Shown one piece after another: positions 43,886 through 54,844 of a stretch of 64,000 nucleotides of DNA (its first letter is position 1; each line of letters starts with the position of its first letter). Position numbers and translations under genes: made by a program. The notes beneath the pieces were generated by a model. The model was given only the letters and a program-made list of their open reading frames with translations, was not told the origin of the DNA and ran no database searches. The stretch is from the NCBI GenBank assembly GCA_032718475.1, contig JAUCBJ010001846.1:537588-601587 (forward strand), read 5' to 3'. Source of the DNA: Nemertoderma westbladi (taxonomy: Eukaryota > Animalia > Xenacoelomorpha).

Positions 43886-44271
43886 ACGTGCTAACACAAA
43901 CACACACCATCAATCGACGGGTGTACATGGAAAACACCGACCAAACGGGTTTTATTTACCATGGGGATTATTTAAATTTTTTTCAACAAGGGCGAACCGA
44001 GTGGCTGCGTTTTCACTGTCAAAAAAGTTTAGCAGATTTAGCGTTTCATTTTATTGTTCGCTCCATCAATATGACCTACAAAAAACCTTTGCAGCTTGAT
44101 CAACAATTTGAGGTCACTACAACTTGTGTTGAGAAAAATCGTTGGTTTTGGGTATTTCGCCAATGTGTGGCATGTGAAAGGGTGGATTATTGTGTGGCAG
44201 ATGTAAAGCTTGTGTGTGTGGATAAAAAACAAAATCTGATGCAAATGCCCAAGAACCTAGACGCTGTTTAA
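43882..44271 (+). CDS. ybgC: Tol-pal-associated acyl-CoA thioesterase
   Basis: RVYMENTD..G..YH..YL hotdog motif; position after ruvB. Confidence 0.85.
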   Translation: MNVLTQTHTINRRVYMENTDQTGFIYHGDYLNFFQQGRTEWLRFHCQKSLADLAFHFIVRSINMTYKKPLQLDQQFEVTTTCVEKNRWFWVFRQCVACERVDYCVADVKLVCVDKKQNLMQMPKNLDAV

Positions 44272-44382
44272 TTCAGATAAGGGGAACTTTTTGTGATTGA
44301 TCAGTGAAAGAAGTACAAGATAGCAGAAATAAAAATTGCTATACTACTTCTAATATCATTTACTTTCAAAAAATTGATAGCG

Positions 44383-45381
44383 ATGAAATATGCCATTTGG
44401 AACAATAAGGGCGGGGTAGGGAAATCCTTTTTAAGTTTTGTTTTAGCAACAGAATATGCGATTAAAAATCCCGAAAAGCGGGTGTGCGTTATTGATATGT
44501 GCCCACAAGCCAATGTTAGTGAGATTTTACTGGGTGGAAATGGTAGGGGGTATGAAAACCTCTCAACAGTTTTAGGTAAAGAAAATCGACTCACAATTGG
44601 TGGTTATTTTGATAAAAGGCTGTCACAGCCAGATGGTAAAACAGGTGATGAAAGCTCATATGCGCTGCAAGCAATTGAATACGCAAAAGATTTACCCAGT
44701 AATTTATATTTTGTTTGTGGCGACCCGTCTTTAGAGCTTCAAGTTCAATCTATTAACCAAATCGCATCAGTTGATTTACCTGAAAATCGCTGGGTGAACG
44801 TTCATCAATGGTTGGTTGATTTACAAAAGGGCATTTCAGTAAAATATGGCGATAATGTAACTTTTTTTATTGATTGTAACCCTAGTTTTGCCACCTACAC
44901 GGCGCAATCTATTGTGGCTTCAAATAGAATCATTGCGCCTTGCACAGCGGATGGTTCATCGGCAAGAGCCATCGATAACATTGGTCAGCTTCTGTACGGT
45001 GTTGGGGTTAAAACGGCGTATGGAAAAACAAACTTTGCTTACAAAGCAAAAGAAAATAACATTGATCTGCCTTTGTTATTTTTGGTTGTTCTAAATAGGC
45101 ATACCACAAGCGCTAATGTGCCCAGCTCTGCATTTAGGGCAATGTATGAAGAGATAAAAAAAAGGGCTGGAAAATTAAAAGAACATTGCGTCCCCAATAT
45201 TGAGACATTTCAAAATGTACCCGATGCTCATACTGTGTCAATTGTTGCTTGTGAGCAGTCCACCCCTGTGAGCCAACTAAAGGCGGGTGCCTACCAACTC
45301 CAACATGGAAACACACAACTAAACCCTGAGCCACTTGAGCGATATCAAAACGCCATTGAAGATGTTGTAAATATTTTGTAG
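44383..45381 (+). CDS. Orphan ParA/Soj-family ATPase
   Basis: NNKGGVGKS deviant Walker A, IDMCPQAN, FIDCNPS. Confidence 0.9.
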   Translation: MKYAIWNNKGGVGKSFLSFVLATEYAIKNPEKRVCVIDMCPQANVSEILLGGNGRGYENLSTVLGKENRLTIGGYFDKRLSQPDGKTGDESSYALQAIEYAKDLPSNLYFVCGDPSLELQVQSINQIASVDLPENRWVNVHQWLVDLQKGISVKYGDNVTFFIDCNPSFATYTAQSIVASNRIIAPCTADGSSARAIDNIGQLLYGVGVKTAYGKTNFAYKAKENNIDLPLLFLVVLNRHTTSANVPSSAFRAMYEEIKKRAGKLKEHCVPNIETFQNVPDAHTVSIVACEQSTPVSQLKAGAYQLQHGNTQLNPEPLERYQNAIEDVVNIL

Positions 45382-45584
45382 ATTTTATTGATCAGCATTA
45401 TTTTTTGGACTAATATTTTTTATCTCATTAAGCAACTATTAGTTACAACAATTGAGCTGATAGTTTTTTTGATCAGCGTTAAGGTATTAAATAACTTGTA
45501 TCTTTATTTATACTTAGATTCATAGTCAAACCCTAGTGTTTTGGTTAGAATACGTTTGAAATACCAAACTTAATCAGAAACCCC

Positions 45585-46244
45585 ATGGAAGACATATCAT
45601 TTTTATCCCTTTTGCTGAATGCCAGTTTTATTGTCAAACTGGTGATGATTTTATTGGTGGCGTTATCTATCTTGGGTTGGACAATTATCGTTGCCAAATA
45701 CCGAGAGTTAAACCGCATGGAAAAAAAGAATCGGTTTTTTACCAATGCCTTTAAGTCCACTCAAGATTTAGATAACCTGTACAATCAATTATCCATTATC
45801 AAATCCACCAATGGGTTGTTGGCAAATCTTTTTTTAACCGCCCATCAAGCCTTACAAAAAGGCGATGAACAATCCAGCGATCAAGCATTTGTAATTGAAC
45901 AAATTGAGCGCCAAACCGATCTGTTTTTAAGCGAACAATCTGTTGGCATTAGGCGTTATGTGTCGTGGCTTGCTACCATCGGTTCGGTCAGCCCTTATAT
46001 TGGTTTATTTGGTACCGTTTGGGGCATTATGAATGCATTTATTGGCTTAAGTGCTGTGCAACAAACCACCATTGCAACCGTCGCCCCCGGCATTGCAGAA
46101 GCCTTGGTCGCAACCGCCATGGGCCTTTTGGCAGCTATCCCGGCTTTAGTTGCCTATAATTTATTGACTGAAAGAATCAACCAAGTCATAACAAGTGGCG
46201 AACACTTTGTTCAGTCGTTTATCAATTTAGTCGATCGTTCGTGA
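45585..46244 (+). CDS. tolQ: Tol-Pal system protein TolQ
   Basis: SPYIGLFGTVWGIM, APGIAEAL. Confidence 0.97.
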   Translation: MEDISFLSLLLNASFIVKLVMILLVALSILGWTIIVAKYRELNRMEKKNRFFTNAFKSTQDLDNLYNQLSIIKSTNGLLANLFLTAHQALQKGDEQSSDQAFVIEQIERQTDLFLSEQSVGIRRYVSWLATIGSVSPYIGLFGTVWGIMNAFIGLSAVQQTTIATVAPGIAEALVATAMGLLAAIPALVAYNLLTERINQVITSGEHFVQSFINLVDRS

Positions 46245-46678
46245 GAAAGGTAAACCGATTTTCTAACCAACAACACCCCACCCCCGTTGCCACCATTAAT
46301 GTGGTGCCCTACATTGATGTCATGCTGGTATTGTTGGTTATTTTTATGGTGGTGATGCCGCGCATTCAACAAGGCGTTGAAATTGACCTACCCCGAACCG
46401 ATGCCCAAGAGGTTGATATTTCAGACAACCTACCGATTATTATTACCATTAGCCGTGATCAAAAATATTACGTTAATGTGGGCGAAAAACAAAATCAAGC
46501 ACTTGAATTAAAGCGCCTGTTGCCCAAAGTGCTGGCAGCGCGTGATGTCAAAAAACAAGCCCCTGTATTTATTCGGGGTGATGCCAATGTGCCTTACGTA
46601 GCCGTGGTTGAATTGATGGCGCTTTTAAAAAAAACAGGTATTCAAAAAGTGGGGCTTTTAACCGAGCCGGTTGAGTAG
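46241..46678 (+). CDS. tolR: Tol-Pal system protein TolR
   Basis: INVVPYIDVMLVLLVIFM. Confidence 0.96.
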   Translation: MRKVNRFSNQQHPTPVATINVVPYIDVMLVLLVIFMVVMPRIQQGVEIDLPRTDAQEVDISDNLPIIITISRDQKYYVNVGEKQNQALELKRLLPKVLAARDVKKQAPVFIRGDANVPYVAVVELMALLKKTGIQKVGLLTEPVE

Positions 46679-46681
46679 AGT

Positions 46682-47719
46682 GTGATGATTGATTTTATTC
46701 AAAAACATTGGTTGGCGTTGGGGGTTGTGTTTGTCATCCACACAGTGGTATTTTTAGTTTTTTTCGTATTTTCTGAACCCCTGCTAGATGTTGAGCTAAG
46801 TGTAAAAAAAGGGCAACAAGAAAGCATTGTTGAAGCCTATTCTTTTGATCAGTCAGTTTATCAAAAAGAGGTGGCACGCTTGGACGCGTTTGAAAAAAAA
46901 CAAGCCAATCAAAAACGCTTAACCGAAAAACAATACCAAAAAAAACTACAAGCCCTTAATAACCAACAGTTAAATACAAAAAAGTTGTATCAAAAACTTC
47001 AGCAAAAAGTGAGGTCACAAGAAAAAACCTTAGCGGAGCAAAAAAGTAAAATTGTAGCCGCCCAAAAAAAGCAGCAATCTCAACAGGCTGCCTTGAAAAA
47101 ACAGCAACAATTGTTAGTTGATAAAAAAAAGGCATTGAAAACGCAAGCCCAAAAACAAAAATCCCTTGAGCACACCTTAAAAGAGAAAGAACGCTTGATT
47201 GTTAAAAAACAAAACCTAATTCAGCAAAAAGATCAGCTTATTGAACAAAAAAAATCTGAGCAAAGTCAGCTGGCAAAAAAAATTAAAGACGAGCAAGTTG
47301 CCCTTCAAGCGAAGCTAAGTCAGCAGCAGGCGATTGAAAAGAATTTACAAACCAGACAGCGCTTATTAGAGGCACAACAATCATTGTATGAAAATATTCA
47401 AAAACTAACCGCCAATGAGAGAGAAAAGCAATTAAAAGCGGCTCAAATGAACTATATACTAATGATCAGCAATCAAGTGCGAAGCCGCTGGCGTCAACCC
47501 ATTAATACAAGGCCTAACTGGTACTGTGATTTATTGGTGACCCAAAATGATCAAGGGATTGTGTTAAATATTGAGGTGCAAAAATGTAACAACAATGATA
47601 CTACCTTTATTCAATCGGTCGAGCGCGCGGTTTGGGCAGCTAGCCCTTTACCTTTGCCTAAAATAAAGGATATATTTGATAATCAAATTTTATTTAGCTT
47701 TAAAGCAAGAGAGTATTGA
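46682..47719 (+). CDS. tolA: Tol-Pal system protein TolA
   Basis: N-terminal TM with His, long Lys/Gln-rich helix, C-terminal domain ending SPLPLP. Confidence 0.88.
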   Translation: MMIDFIQKHWLALGVVFVIHTVVFLVFFVFSEPLLDVELSVKKGQQESIVEAYSFDQSVYQKEVARLDAFEKKQANQKRLTEKQYQKKLQALNNQQLNTKKLYQKLQQKVRSQEKTLAEQKSKIVAAQKKQQSQQAALKKQQQLLVDKKKALKTQAQKQKSLEHTLKEKERLIVKKQNLIQQKDQLIEQKKSEQSQLAKKIKDEQVALQAKLSQQQAIEKNLQTRQRLLEAQQSLYENIQKLTANEREKQLKAAQMNYILMISNQVRSRWRQPINTRPNWYCDLLVTQNDQGIVLNIEVQKCNNNDTTFIQSVERAVWAASPLPLPKIKDIFDNQILFSFKAREY

Positions 47720-48993
47720 TGTATCGTTTAAGTGGTTTATTGGTAATTTTATTTTTTATACCCTCATCGTTGGCAGTTTTAAATGTGACCGTTTTGAATC
47801 GGTCTGAGAGCAATTTAATTCCACTGCTAATTAATGTCCAAGGCAATGGCTCGCATTTGGGTGTTTTGCAAAAAGTGGTGACCAAGGATTTATTGCTTAG
47901 TGGTTATTTTAGTGCCAAAAAAAGCCAAATCACTTTAAAGCCAGATTCACTTGATTATCAAGCACTTCGTGCGAAAAAAAATGATTTTGTAGTGGACATT
48001 GCGAGTGGAAAGATAGATCAAGGTGGTTTAGATGTGGTGCTTGTACGTGTGTATGATGTGCTTCGAAAAACGATACTCTTATCCTACCAATGGCGTTTTC
48101 GAGACGATAGCTTGAATCGTTTAGGGCATCGAATTAGTGATGTTTTGTATAAAAATTTACTAGGCCGACCCGGTTTTTTTGATACCCAGATTAGCTATGT
48201 GCTTAATCATACCAACCAGGGTATGTTCTCACTTGAGATTGCCGATATTGATGGGAACAATTCTCAAACGTTGTTACAAAGCCAACAGCCCATCTTGGCC
48301 ACCGCTTGGTCAGATGATGGTAAGCGCTTGGCTTATGTAACTTATTATAAAAACCACTTAGCTGTTTATGTGCGCCATGTTTGGAAAAAACGAAAGCTGC
48401 TGCGTTTTATTGCTGAAGATGGCATGATTTTTTCCCCCGCCTTTTCACCTAGTGGTGATATGCTGGCCGTTACGGTTTCTAAAAAAGGCAATAAAGATAT
48501 TTATTTGATTGACTTGGTTTCAAATAATATGAAGCGCTTAACTCAGCATGAAAAAATTGATACAGAACCTACATTCTCACCCGACGGGCGCTTTGTTTAC
48601 TTTAGCTCTAATCGCTTAGGGGGCGTGCAAATTTATCGCTATGAGCTATCCACAGGTTCAATTAAGCCCATCACAAAAAAAGGCAATTACAATGCGCATC
48701 CTTCAATATCGCCTGATGGTCAATACATGGCCATGATTCATCGAAAAGAGGGTGTTGATCAGTTAGCTATTCAGCATTTAGAGAATCCTGATCAATTTTT
48801 TATTATCACCCATTCAAAAAATGTTGAATCCCCCGTTTTTTCACCCACGGGGGATCATGTAATTTATTCGCAAAAGGACAGAAAAAACAGCACCTTGATT
48901 GTTGCAACCACGGATGGCCATTATTTTTGGCGGCTGAAATCTGCAGCCAAAAACTTAATTGAACCCGCTTGGTCACCTATTTTAAATTTTTAA
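47716..48993 (+). CDS. tolB: Tol-Pal system protein TolB
   Basis: HRISD, beta-propeller repeats (P.FSPDG). Confidence 0.93.
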   Translation: MMYRLSGLLVILFFIPSSLAVLNVTVLNRSESNLIPLLINVQGNGSHLGVLQKVVTKDLLLSGYFSAKKSQITLKPDSLDYQALRAKKNDFVVDIASGKIDQGGLDVVLVRVYDVLRKTILLSYQWRFRDDSLNRLGHRISDVLYKNLLGRPGFFDTQISYVLNHTNQGMFSLEIADIDGNNSQTLLQSQQPILATAWSDDGKRLAYVTYYKNHLAVYVRHVWKKRKLLRFIAEDGMIFSPAFSPSGDMLAVTVSKKGNKDIYLIDLVSNNMKRLTQHEKIDTEPTFSPDGRFVYFSSNRLGGVQIYRYELSTGSIKPITKKGNYNAHPSISPDGQYMAMIHRKEGVDQLAIQHLENPDQFFIITHSKNVESPVFSPTGDHVIYSQKDRKNSTLIVATTDGHYFWRLKSAAKNLIEPAWSPILNF

Positions 48994-49060
48994 GTCTAAA
49001 TTTGTTATATTAAATGATGATGAAACATTCAAAATCAATACACAGTACAAGCAAGGTAGC

Positions 49061-49738
49061 ATGAAGATGAAATCGTTTGTTATTAATTTTTTAGTGATTT
49101 TTTTAGGCGTTTTTCTGAGTGCTTGTATAGATGAGGGTGAAATGGAAGAATCTGAAAACACCTCTAACAACCCAGAAGTTTTTCAGTACGATAGTTTTGG
49201 CACAACCCTTTCGGGTTTTCGGCCAAGGGTGAGTCAGCCTGCAAAGTTACAAGAAGTTGATCAAGGAGTGAGTGTAGAAGGCAATGTAGTTTATGAGGAA
49301 ATAGAGCCTGAAGCAGCCCTAGAGGTAGCCATTGACAACCAAGCCACTATTGTTGCAAAAAAAACACTGGCGCAGTTGGTGGATGAACAAGCACTAAATT
49401 TGATTATTTATTTTGATTTTAAAAGTAAATCTATTCAATCTGTTTATGAAGCTGGCTTGAAAAAGCATGCTAATTTTTTAGCCAAAAATCCTTTGGTTAA
49501 ACTTTTGATAGAAGGCCATGCTGATGAGCGGGGTTCTCGGGAATTTAACTTAGGATTAAGTGAGGATCGTGCCCTTACAGTTCAAAGTGCACTTATTGAG
49601 TTAGGTGTTGAGAAAAACCGTATTCAAACGGTGGGCTACGGTGAAGAAAAACCTGTGGCAGGGCTGATAGGTGATGATGAAAAGGTGTGGTCAGCCAATC
49701 GTCGGGCGGTATTTGTTTATACATTACCTGATCAGTAA
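49061..49738 (+). CDS. pal: Peptidoglycan-associated lipoprotein
   Basis: Lipobox LSAC, IEGHADERGSREFNLGL, YGEEKP, NRR. Confidence 0.93.
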   Translation: MKMKSFVINFLVIFLGVFLSACIDEGEMEESENTSNNPEVFQYDSFGTTLSGFRPRVSQPAKLQEVDQGVSVEGNVVYEEIEPEAALEVAIDNQATIVAKKTLAQLVDEQALNLIIYFDFKSKSIQSVYEAGLKKHANFLAKNPLVKLLIEGHADERGSREFNLGLSEDRALTVQSALIELGVEKNRIQTVGYGEEKPVAGLIGDDEKVWSANRRAVFVYTLPDQ

Positions 49739-50370
49739 TTCGTAGTTTATTTGTATAGTTTACATTTATTTTTGTTAGTATTTTTTGATGAGTTGATAGG
49801 CGTTTGAGTTACATCAAGATTATCCAGACCCCTTGTCTCTTACTGCTAATTTGATAAGGCCAATTATTCTGGGATTGTTAAATCATATGCACAATGGCTG
49901 CGTGTTTGGGCTCAAAAAGAGATATGCAAAAAGATGACAAAAGAATTGCTTACAACAATTCCAAATTTGTTTGCGAGCAAAAATAATAATTGAAAGCACA
50001 CTAAAGTATTGGCTTGAATTTAGAGATTATCGGTATGTTAATAATTGCAAGCTATGGGAATATCGTTCAAAGTATCGGTTTAATTTTTTAGATATTATAG
50101 GCGTATTGATGATTGCAAACTGTTTGTTTCAACAGCGTTATAGTAACAGTTCATCGCATGACATTCCCACAAATATTTCACAAGTTTTGGCCAATTAGCC
50201 AATGCCCCACGTAAAGGCGTGTAGGTGTTAGTGGCTGGCTTTTTTGTTCTGATGGTTATACTTCAATTGATAAGGTACACTGGGGCATCTATTTTCTACT
50301 GCTGAGCTTATTGGGGGGCCTTCGCTTAGTCGTTAGACAGGCATTTTTTAAAGTATAATCTAGGATTTTC

Positions 50371-51582
50371 ATGTTTCAATCGCCCCCAAAAAAGCCAGCC
50401 ATTGGTTTTGTAGAATTTGTGATATTGATGGCGCTTTTGACCACATTGATGCCACTAGCCATTGATAGTATGCTGCCTGCACTGGTACAAATTGGCTCAG
50501 ACCTTGGTATTGCTCACACTAATGACAATCAACTGATCATTTCAATACTGTTTTTGGGCTTTGCACTAGGGCAGGTGTTTTATGGTCCATTGTCAGATAG
50601 TAAAGGGCGTAAGCCTGCTATCTACATTGGCATATTAGTGTTTGTTCTAGGGAGTATGTTATCGCTTTTAGCCACCAATATGTTTGTGATGTTGTGTGGG
50701 CGCTTTTTGCAAGGTGTTGGGGCAGCTGGGCCTCGCATTGTGGTGATGGCAATGGTTCGTGACAAATACCATGGTGATGATATGGCAAGGGTTATGTCAT
50801 TTATTATGACAATCTTTATTTTAGCGCCCATGGTTGCCCCCATGATTGGGCAGATAATTTTAATGATGCTCCACTGGCGTATTATTTTTGCCCTTTTGCT
50901 GGGGTTGGCTGTTGTTGCATGGGTATGGTTTTTAGTGAGGCAGCCAGAAACACTAAATTCAAACAAGCGTATTCCCTTTTCATGGAAGAAGATGCGCCGT
51001 GAATTATATGAAATCTGCACAAACCGGATAGCGATTGGTTATACCCTGATCACAGGGTTAGCGTTTGGCCCCTTTATTGGGCACCTTAACTCTGTGCAAC
51101 CCATCCTTCAAGTACACTATGAGCTTGGGGAGGATTTCCCGCTGTATTTTGCACTTTTGGCTTCATCAATCGGTGTTGCTTCTTATATGAATGCTTATTT
51201 GGTTGGGCATTATGGCATGGTGTTGTTAAGTCGTTTGGCTTTTGTTGGGATTAGCTTTCTTTCAATGGTTGTGCTAAGCAGCTTGCCAATTTTTAACCAT
51301 TACTTACCCTTGCCTTTATATATAATCTATTTGTTAGGTATTTTTTATTGCATGGGTATCTTATTGGGCAATTTAAATAGTTTAGCCATGGAGCCGCTGG
51401 GGCATATTGCAGGCATTGGCTCTGCTGTGGTGGGCAGTTTTTCAACCTTAATTGCGGTGTTGATTGGAACATTGATTGGTTATGCCTACAATGTCAGTAT
51501 TTATCCTGTTGTGATTGGGTTTTTTGGTTTTGGTTTGTTGTCGCTTGTGATGACTTATTGGGTGAGCCCTAAAAGGCGTTAA
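50371..51582 (+). CDS. Bcr/CflA family MFS drug transporter
   Basis: AID.MLPAL, GPLSDSKGRKP, GRFLQG, about 12 TM segments. Confidence 0.92.
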   Translation: MFQSPPKKPAIGFVEFVILMALLTTLMPLAIDSMLPALVQIGSDLGIAHTNDNQLIISILFLGFALGQVFYGPLSDSKGRKPAIYIGILVFVLGSMLSLLATNMFVMLCGRFLQGVGAAGPRIVVMAMVRDKYHGDDMARVMSFIMTIFILAPMVAPMIGQIILMMLHWRIIFALLLGLAVVAWVWFLVRQPETLNSNKRIPFSWKKMRRELYEICTNRIAIGYTLITGLAFGPFIGHLNSVQPILQVHYELGEDFPLYFALLASSIGVASYMNAYLVGHYGMVLLSRLAFVGISFLSMVVLSSLPIFNHYLPLPLYIIYLLGIFYCMGILLGNLNSLAMEPLGHIAGIGSAVVGSFSTLIAVLIGTLIGYAYNVSIYPVVIGFFGFGLLSLVMTYWVSPKRR

Positions 51583-51654
51583 TGTTTTTTGCTTAATTGC
51601 TGCTTGCAGTTGTTTAGGTGTTGTATTGTTTTTGGGCGTAATCAATAATATTTT

Positions 51655-52489
51655 TTAGCAGGTGGGTGTATTTGAGTTTTTGTGGAATAGGCGGTTAATG
51701 TCGATGTTTGGCATGTTGATCATTCCATCTTGATCAAAAAAGTCAATAATTTGAATGCTGTCTACTTTTTGAACATCACCTGATATTGCAATGCCGATGC
51801 CCATGTCTAGTTTCACCATCTCGAAAATACCTTCTTTGTAGTTGATCTCAGTTAGGTTGTTAAGTTGTAATTTATTTTTTCTAATCAATTTGTCAAATAA
51901 CTTACGGGGGATAGAGCTTTTGTTGCGTATAAACACATGTTGTTTAGCAAGCTGGTCAATATTTGGGTATTCGGTGGTGGCAAGGGTGTTTTGTTTGGCG
52001 ATGAAAAATATCAAGTGGTCAGAATACAGTTTTGCTGATTGTATTTCCTCATCTTTAACATCCCCAGCAATGATGGTCAAATCCAGTTTATTATTTTTCA
52101 GTGGGTATTGAGTATCACGAGAGTTATTGGTAAATACGTTAATTTTAGCGATATTGTTTTCAATGATGTATGTAGAAATATTGGTTAGCACTTCAGGCAC
52201 TGAGCTTCCAATATTAACGGTGTCTTCTAAGCGATGGTTTACTTTTTTTAAAAAGTGGGTGATTTTATCAATGTTTGTAAACAAATCATCCGTTTTCTTT
52301 TTAAGCTCTGTCCCAATGTTTGGTAGCTTGGCTTGTTTACCCACACGATAAAATAAAAGCATGTTAAAGCGTTGTTCTAGTTGTTTAACTTGTATCGAAA
52401 CGGTCGATTGTGATACACACAATTGTTTAGCAGCTTTAGAGAAGTTTTTATGCAGTGCAGTGAAAACTTCGTAACCACGATGATTGCAT
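51655..52489 (-). pseudogene. LysR family regulator with a disrupted HTH
   Basis: ATG at 52489 gives MQSSWLRSFHCTA*, then a frameshift to NFSKAAKQLCVSQSTVSIQVKQLE. Confidence 0.8.
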
Positions 52490-52500
52490 GATAGGTTGGG

Positions 52501-52940
52501 TTAATGGTTGATATTATTTTTTGGAATAATAAACGTTTGGAATTTATGAAAATCCCCTTTTTGATTAATTCTTGTGCCACTGATGACGATGCCACTGGCA
52601 AATAGGCTTTTGGTAATGTGTTGAAAAATTCCTCGCCGATAGTTTTTAAGCATAAAAAAGTGACTAACCCATAGTAGATTATCACCCCTGCTAATTTCAT
52701 CCCCACAGGGGGCATAGTTGCCTTTTTTACACGTCTCCATTATTGTGTCATCAAGCCACGCCCATAAGATTAAACCAACAGGCTCATTTTTTAAGTTAAA
52801 AAAATTCAATATTGTTCTAACGGTACATACTGGGCAACGTTGGCTAATATAAAGCGCATATTATAGTTTTTATACATCCCTAGTTGGTCAGAAAGTGTTG
52901 CTAGCGAACCAAATAATAACTCAATAGCGGGTAGTGGGTT
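52501..52940 (-). pseudogene. RTX toxin-activating lysine acyltransferase (HlyC/TAAT-like) remnant; 5' end approximate
   Basis: LFGSLATL...PLEQY*IF followed by NEPVGLILWAWLD...SRGDNLLWVSHFF. Confidence 0.6.
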
Positions 52941-53349
52941 GTTTGATTGAATAGGTGGGGCGTTTGGTGGGGGTGTAGCACCTATGGGTCGGTTTTGGGG
53001 GTAGCAAAATGGGGTACTTGTTGGTTGAATTATTTTCTGATGCGCTTAGCATACTGGTTGTTTTTAGTGGTGGGGTGGGGGTGATGGAGGTGTTTGGGAT
53101 GGGGCTGCTTCTTTAAACCATTGGTCTAGCTTATCAATTGATAAAATATTTTCTTGATTATTTTATATCACTAAATACTTGGAGGCGGTTTGTTTCATGG
53201 TTTCAACAATTTTAGTGCGCTGCTTTTCATTTAAGCCAAAGGGGCAATGAGGCCTGATATTTGCCAAGTGCCTTGGGGGAGTGTGTTGGTTTGTTTTTTT
53301 TCATCCATTATTTTTTTAATATCCTGAAACATCACCGTTGCGGTTGCAA

Positions 53350-53833
53350 CTTCCCCCCTACCTACAATGATGTATTGGCCGTGATAGGTGGCCTCGGTAT
53401 TTGTTTGTATGGTGGGGATGGGTATATGAATAACGCATTGTTTAAGCCTGTCATGCAGCTGTGGGCGCAAGTGATTCACATTCATAATATTTCAGCTGGT
53501 GAAAGTGTGGGTTATGGGGCGTGTTTTAAGGCCAGCCAAAATCAAAAAATAGCTATTGTTAATTTTGGATATGCTGATGGTTTTCCTTATATTAAAAACC
53601 CATCTGACTTATTTGTTAAAATAAGGGGGCAAAACGTGCTTGTTGTGGGCACAGTGTCAATGAATAGTTTTCAAATTGATATATCACAAATTAAGGGTGT
53701 AAGGATAGGAGATGCTGTCATGTTATGGGGGGAGAGAGGTATGTTGGTTGATTTTGCAAAAACTACTCAAACTATCAGCTATCAATTGTTATGCGCAATT
53801 AATCACAGCCGTGTATTATTTCATTACGTTTAA
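53350..53833 (+). pseudogene. alr: Alanine racemase, C-terminal fragment only; 5' end approximate
   Basis: GICLYG, PVMQL, GESVGYG, GYADG, VGTVSM, TISYQLL; PLP-lysine N-terminal domain absent. Confidence 0.8.
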
Positions 53834-54062
53834 AAGGCTATTTGTTTTTTATAGCCGCTATTGGGGGCTTAAATAGAGCGCTTTATATCAATTTTAACAG
53901 TTAATAAGCTATGTTTTTTATAAAAATTACGCCAAAAAGCAGTATTTTTAATTATTATTCAGTTATTTATAGATGATATTCTATTAAAATATTGAAAATC
54001 AATTAATAATTGATCAACAATAATGCCTTAATGATTAATATGAAAAATTTTGAGGGAATTTT

Positions 54063-54359
54063 GTGGAAGAAAAAATCACTGTATCCGGCTGTATTGTTTA
54101 TATGGATAGCAGCTTTCTTTATCTTAAAGTCAATGATAAAGTTTTTAAGTGTGGGATGAGCAGTCAGCTTAAGAAAAAGGTGAAAAACTCTTTATCAACC
54201 TTACTAAATTCTGAAATACTTGTTCATGCACGGGTTAAAAATACGCCTACCACCAACCCTCATAAAAATGTTTTGCTTTGCTCAAGCAAAAAAAACTTTA
54301 GCACCTTAGATATATTTGATTTCGAGGATAATATTGATGATCAGGTTAGTTTTACCTGA
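54063..54359 (+). CDS. Hypothetical protein
   Basis: GTG start with GAGGGA upstream; 98-aa ORF ending 5 nt before tadA. Confidence 0.5.
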   Translation: MEEKITVSGCIVYMDSSFLYLKVNDKVFKCGMSSQLKKKVKNSLSTLLNSEILVHARVKNTPTTNPHKNVLLCSSKKNFSTLDIFDFEDNIDDQVSFT

Positions 54360-54364
54360 TTTGT

Positions 54365-54844
54365 ATGAATACCAATCTAATGCGCTTTGCTTTAAAGCAA
54401 GCCATCCATGCTTATTTAATGGATGAGGTGCCTGTTGGTGCAGCTGTTTTTCAAGGCGAACAGCTAATCGCCTTGGCTTGTAACCAAAATAGAAAGCAGG
54501 CTGACCCCACTGCTCATGCTGAAATTTTGGCGATTCAAAAAGCGGCTAAAATCATCGGCAATTATCGTTTAAGTGGCACGACACTTTATGTAACTTTAGA
54601 GCCTTGTGCAATGTGTATGGGGGCAATTATTCATGCAAGGATTGAAACCTTAATTTATGCCACACCTGACCCTAAAACAGGGTGTGCAGGGAGCTGTTTA
54701 GACCTCTCAAGTCGTTTTAATCATTGTATTAAGATTAAGTTTGGCATCATGGGGGAACAATCTGCATATTTGTTGAATCGTTTTTTTCGTGCTAAGCGTC
54801 TTAAAAGCCCTGGTAGCTCAGTGGATAGAGCAACTGCCTCCTAA
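54365..54844 (+). CDS. tadA: tRNA adenosine(34) deaminase
   Basis: EVPVGA, DPTAHAE, TLEPCAMC. Confidence 0.95.
   Translation: MNTNLMRFALKQAIHAYLMDEVPVGAAVFQGEQLIALACNQNRKQADPTAHAEILAIQKAAKIIGNYRLSGTTLYVTLEPCAMCMGAIIHARIETLIYATPDPKTGCAGSCLDLSSRFNHCIKIKFGIMGEQSAYLLNRFFRAKRLKSPGSSVDRATAS

Noticed and set aside
46860-47440. Lys/Gln-rich low-complexity region
   Set aside because: It is the expected helical domain II of TolA
49780-50200. Possible IS1595-like transposase remnant (YWLEF..YR..N)
   Set aside because: The resemblance is too short, and I found no terminal inverted repeats or DDE motifs
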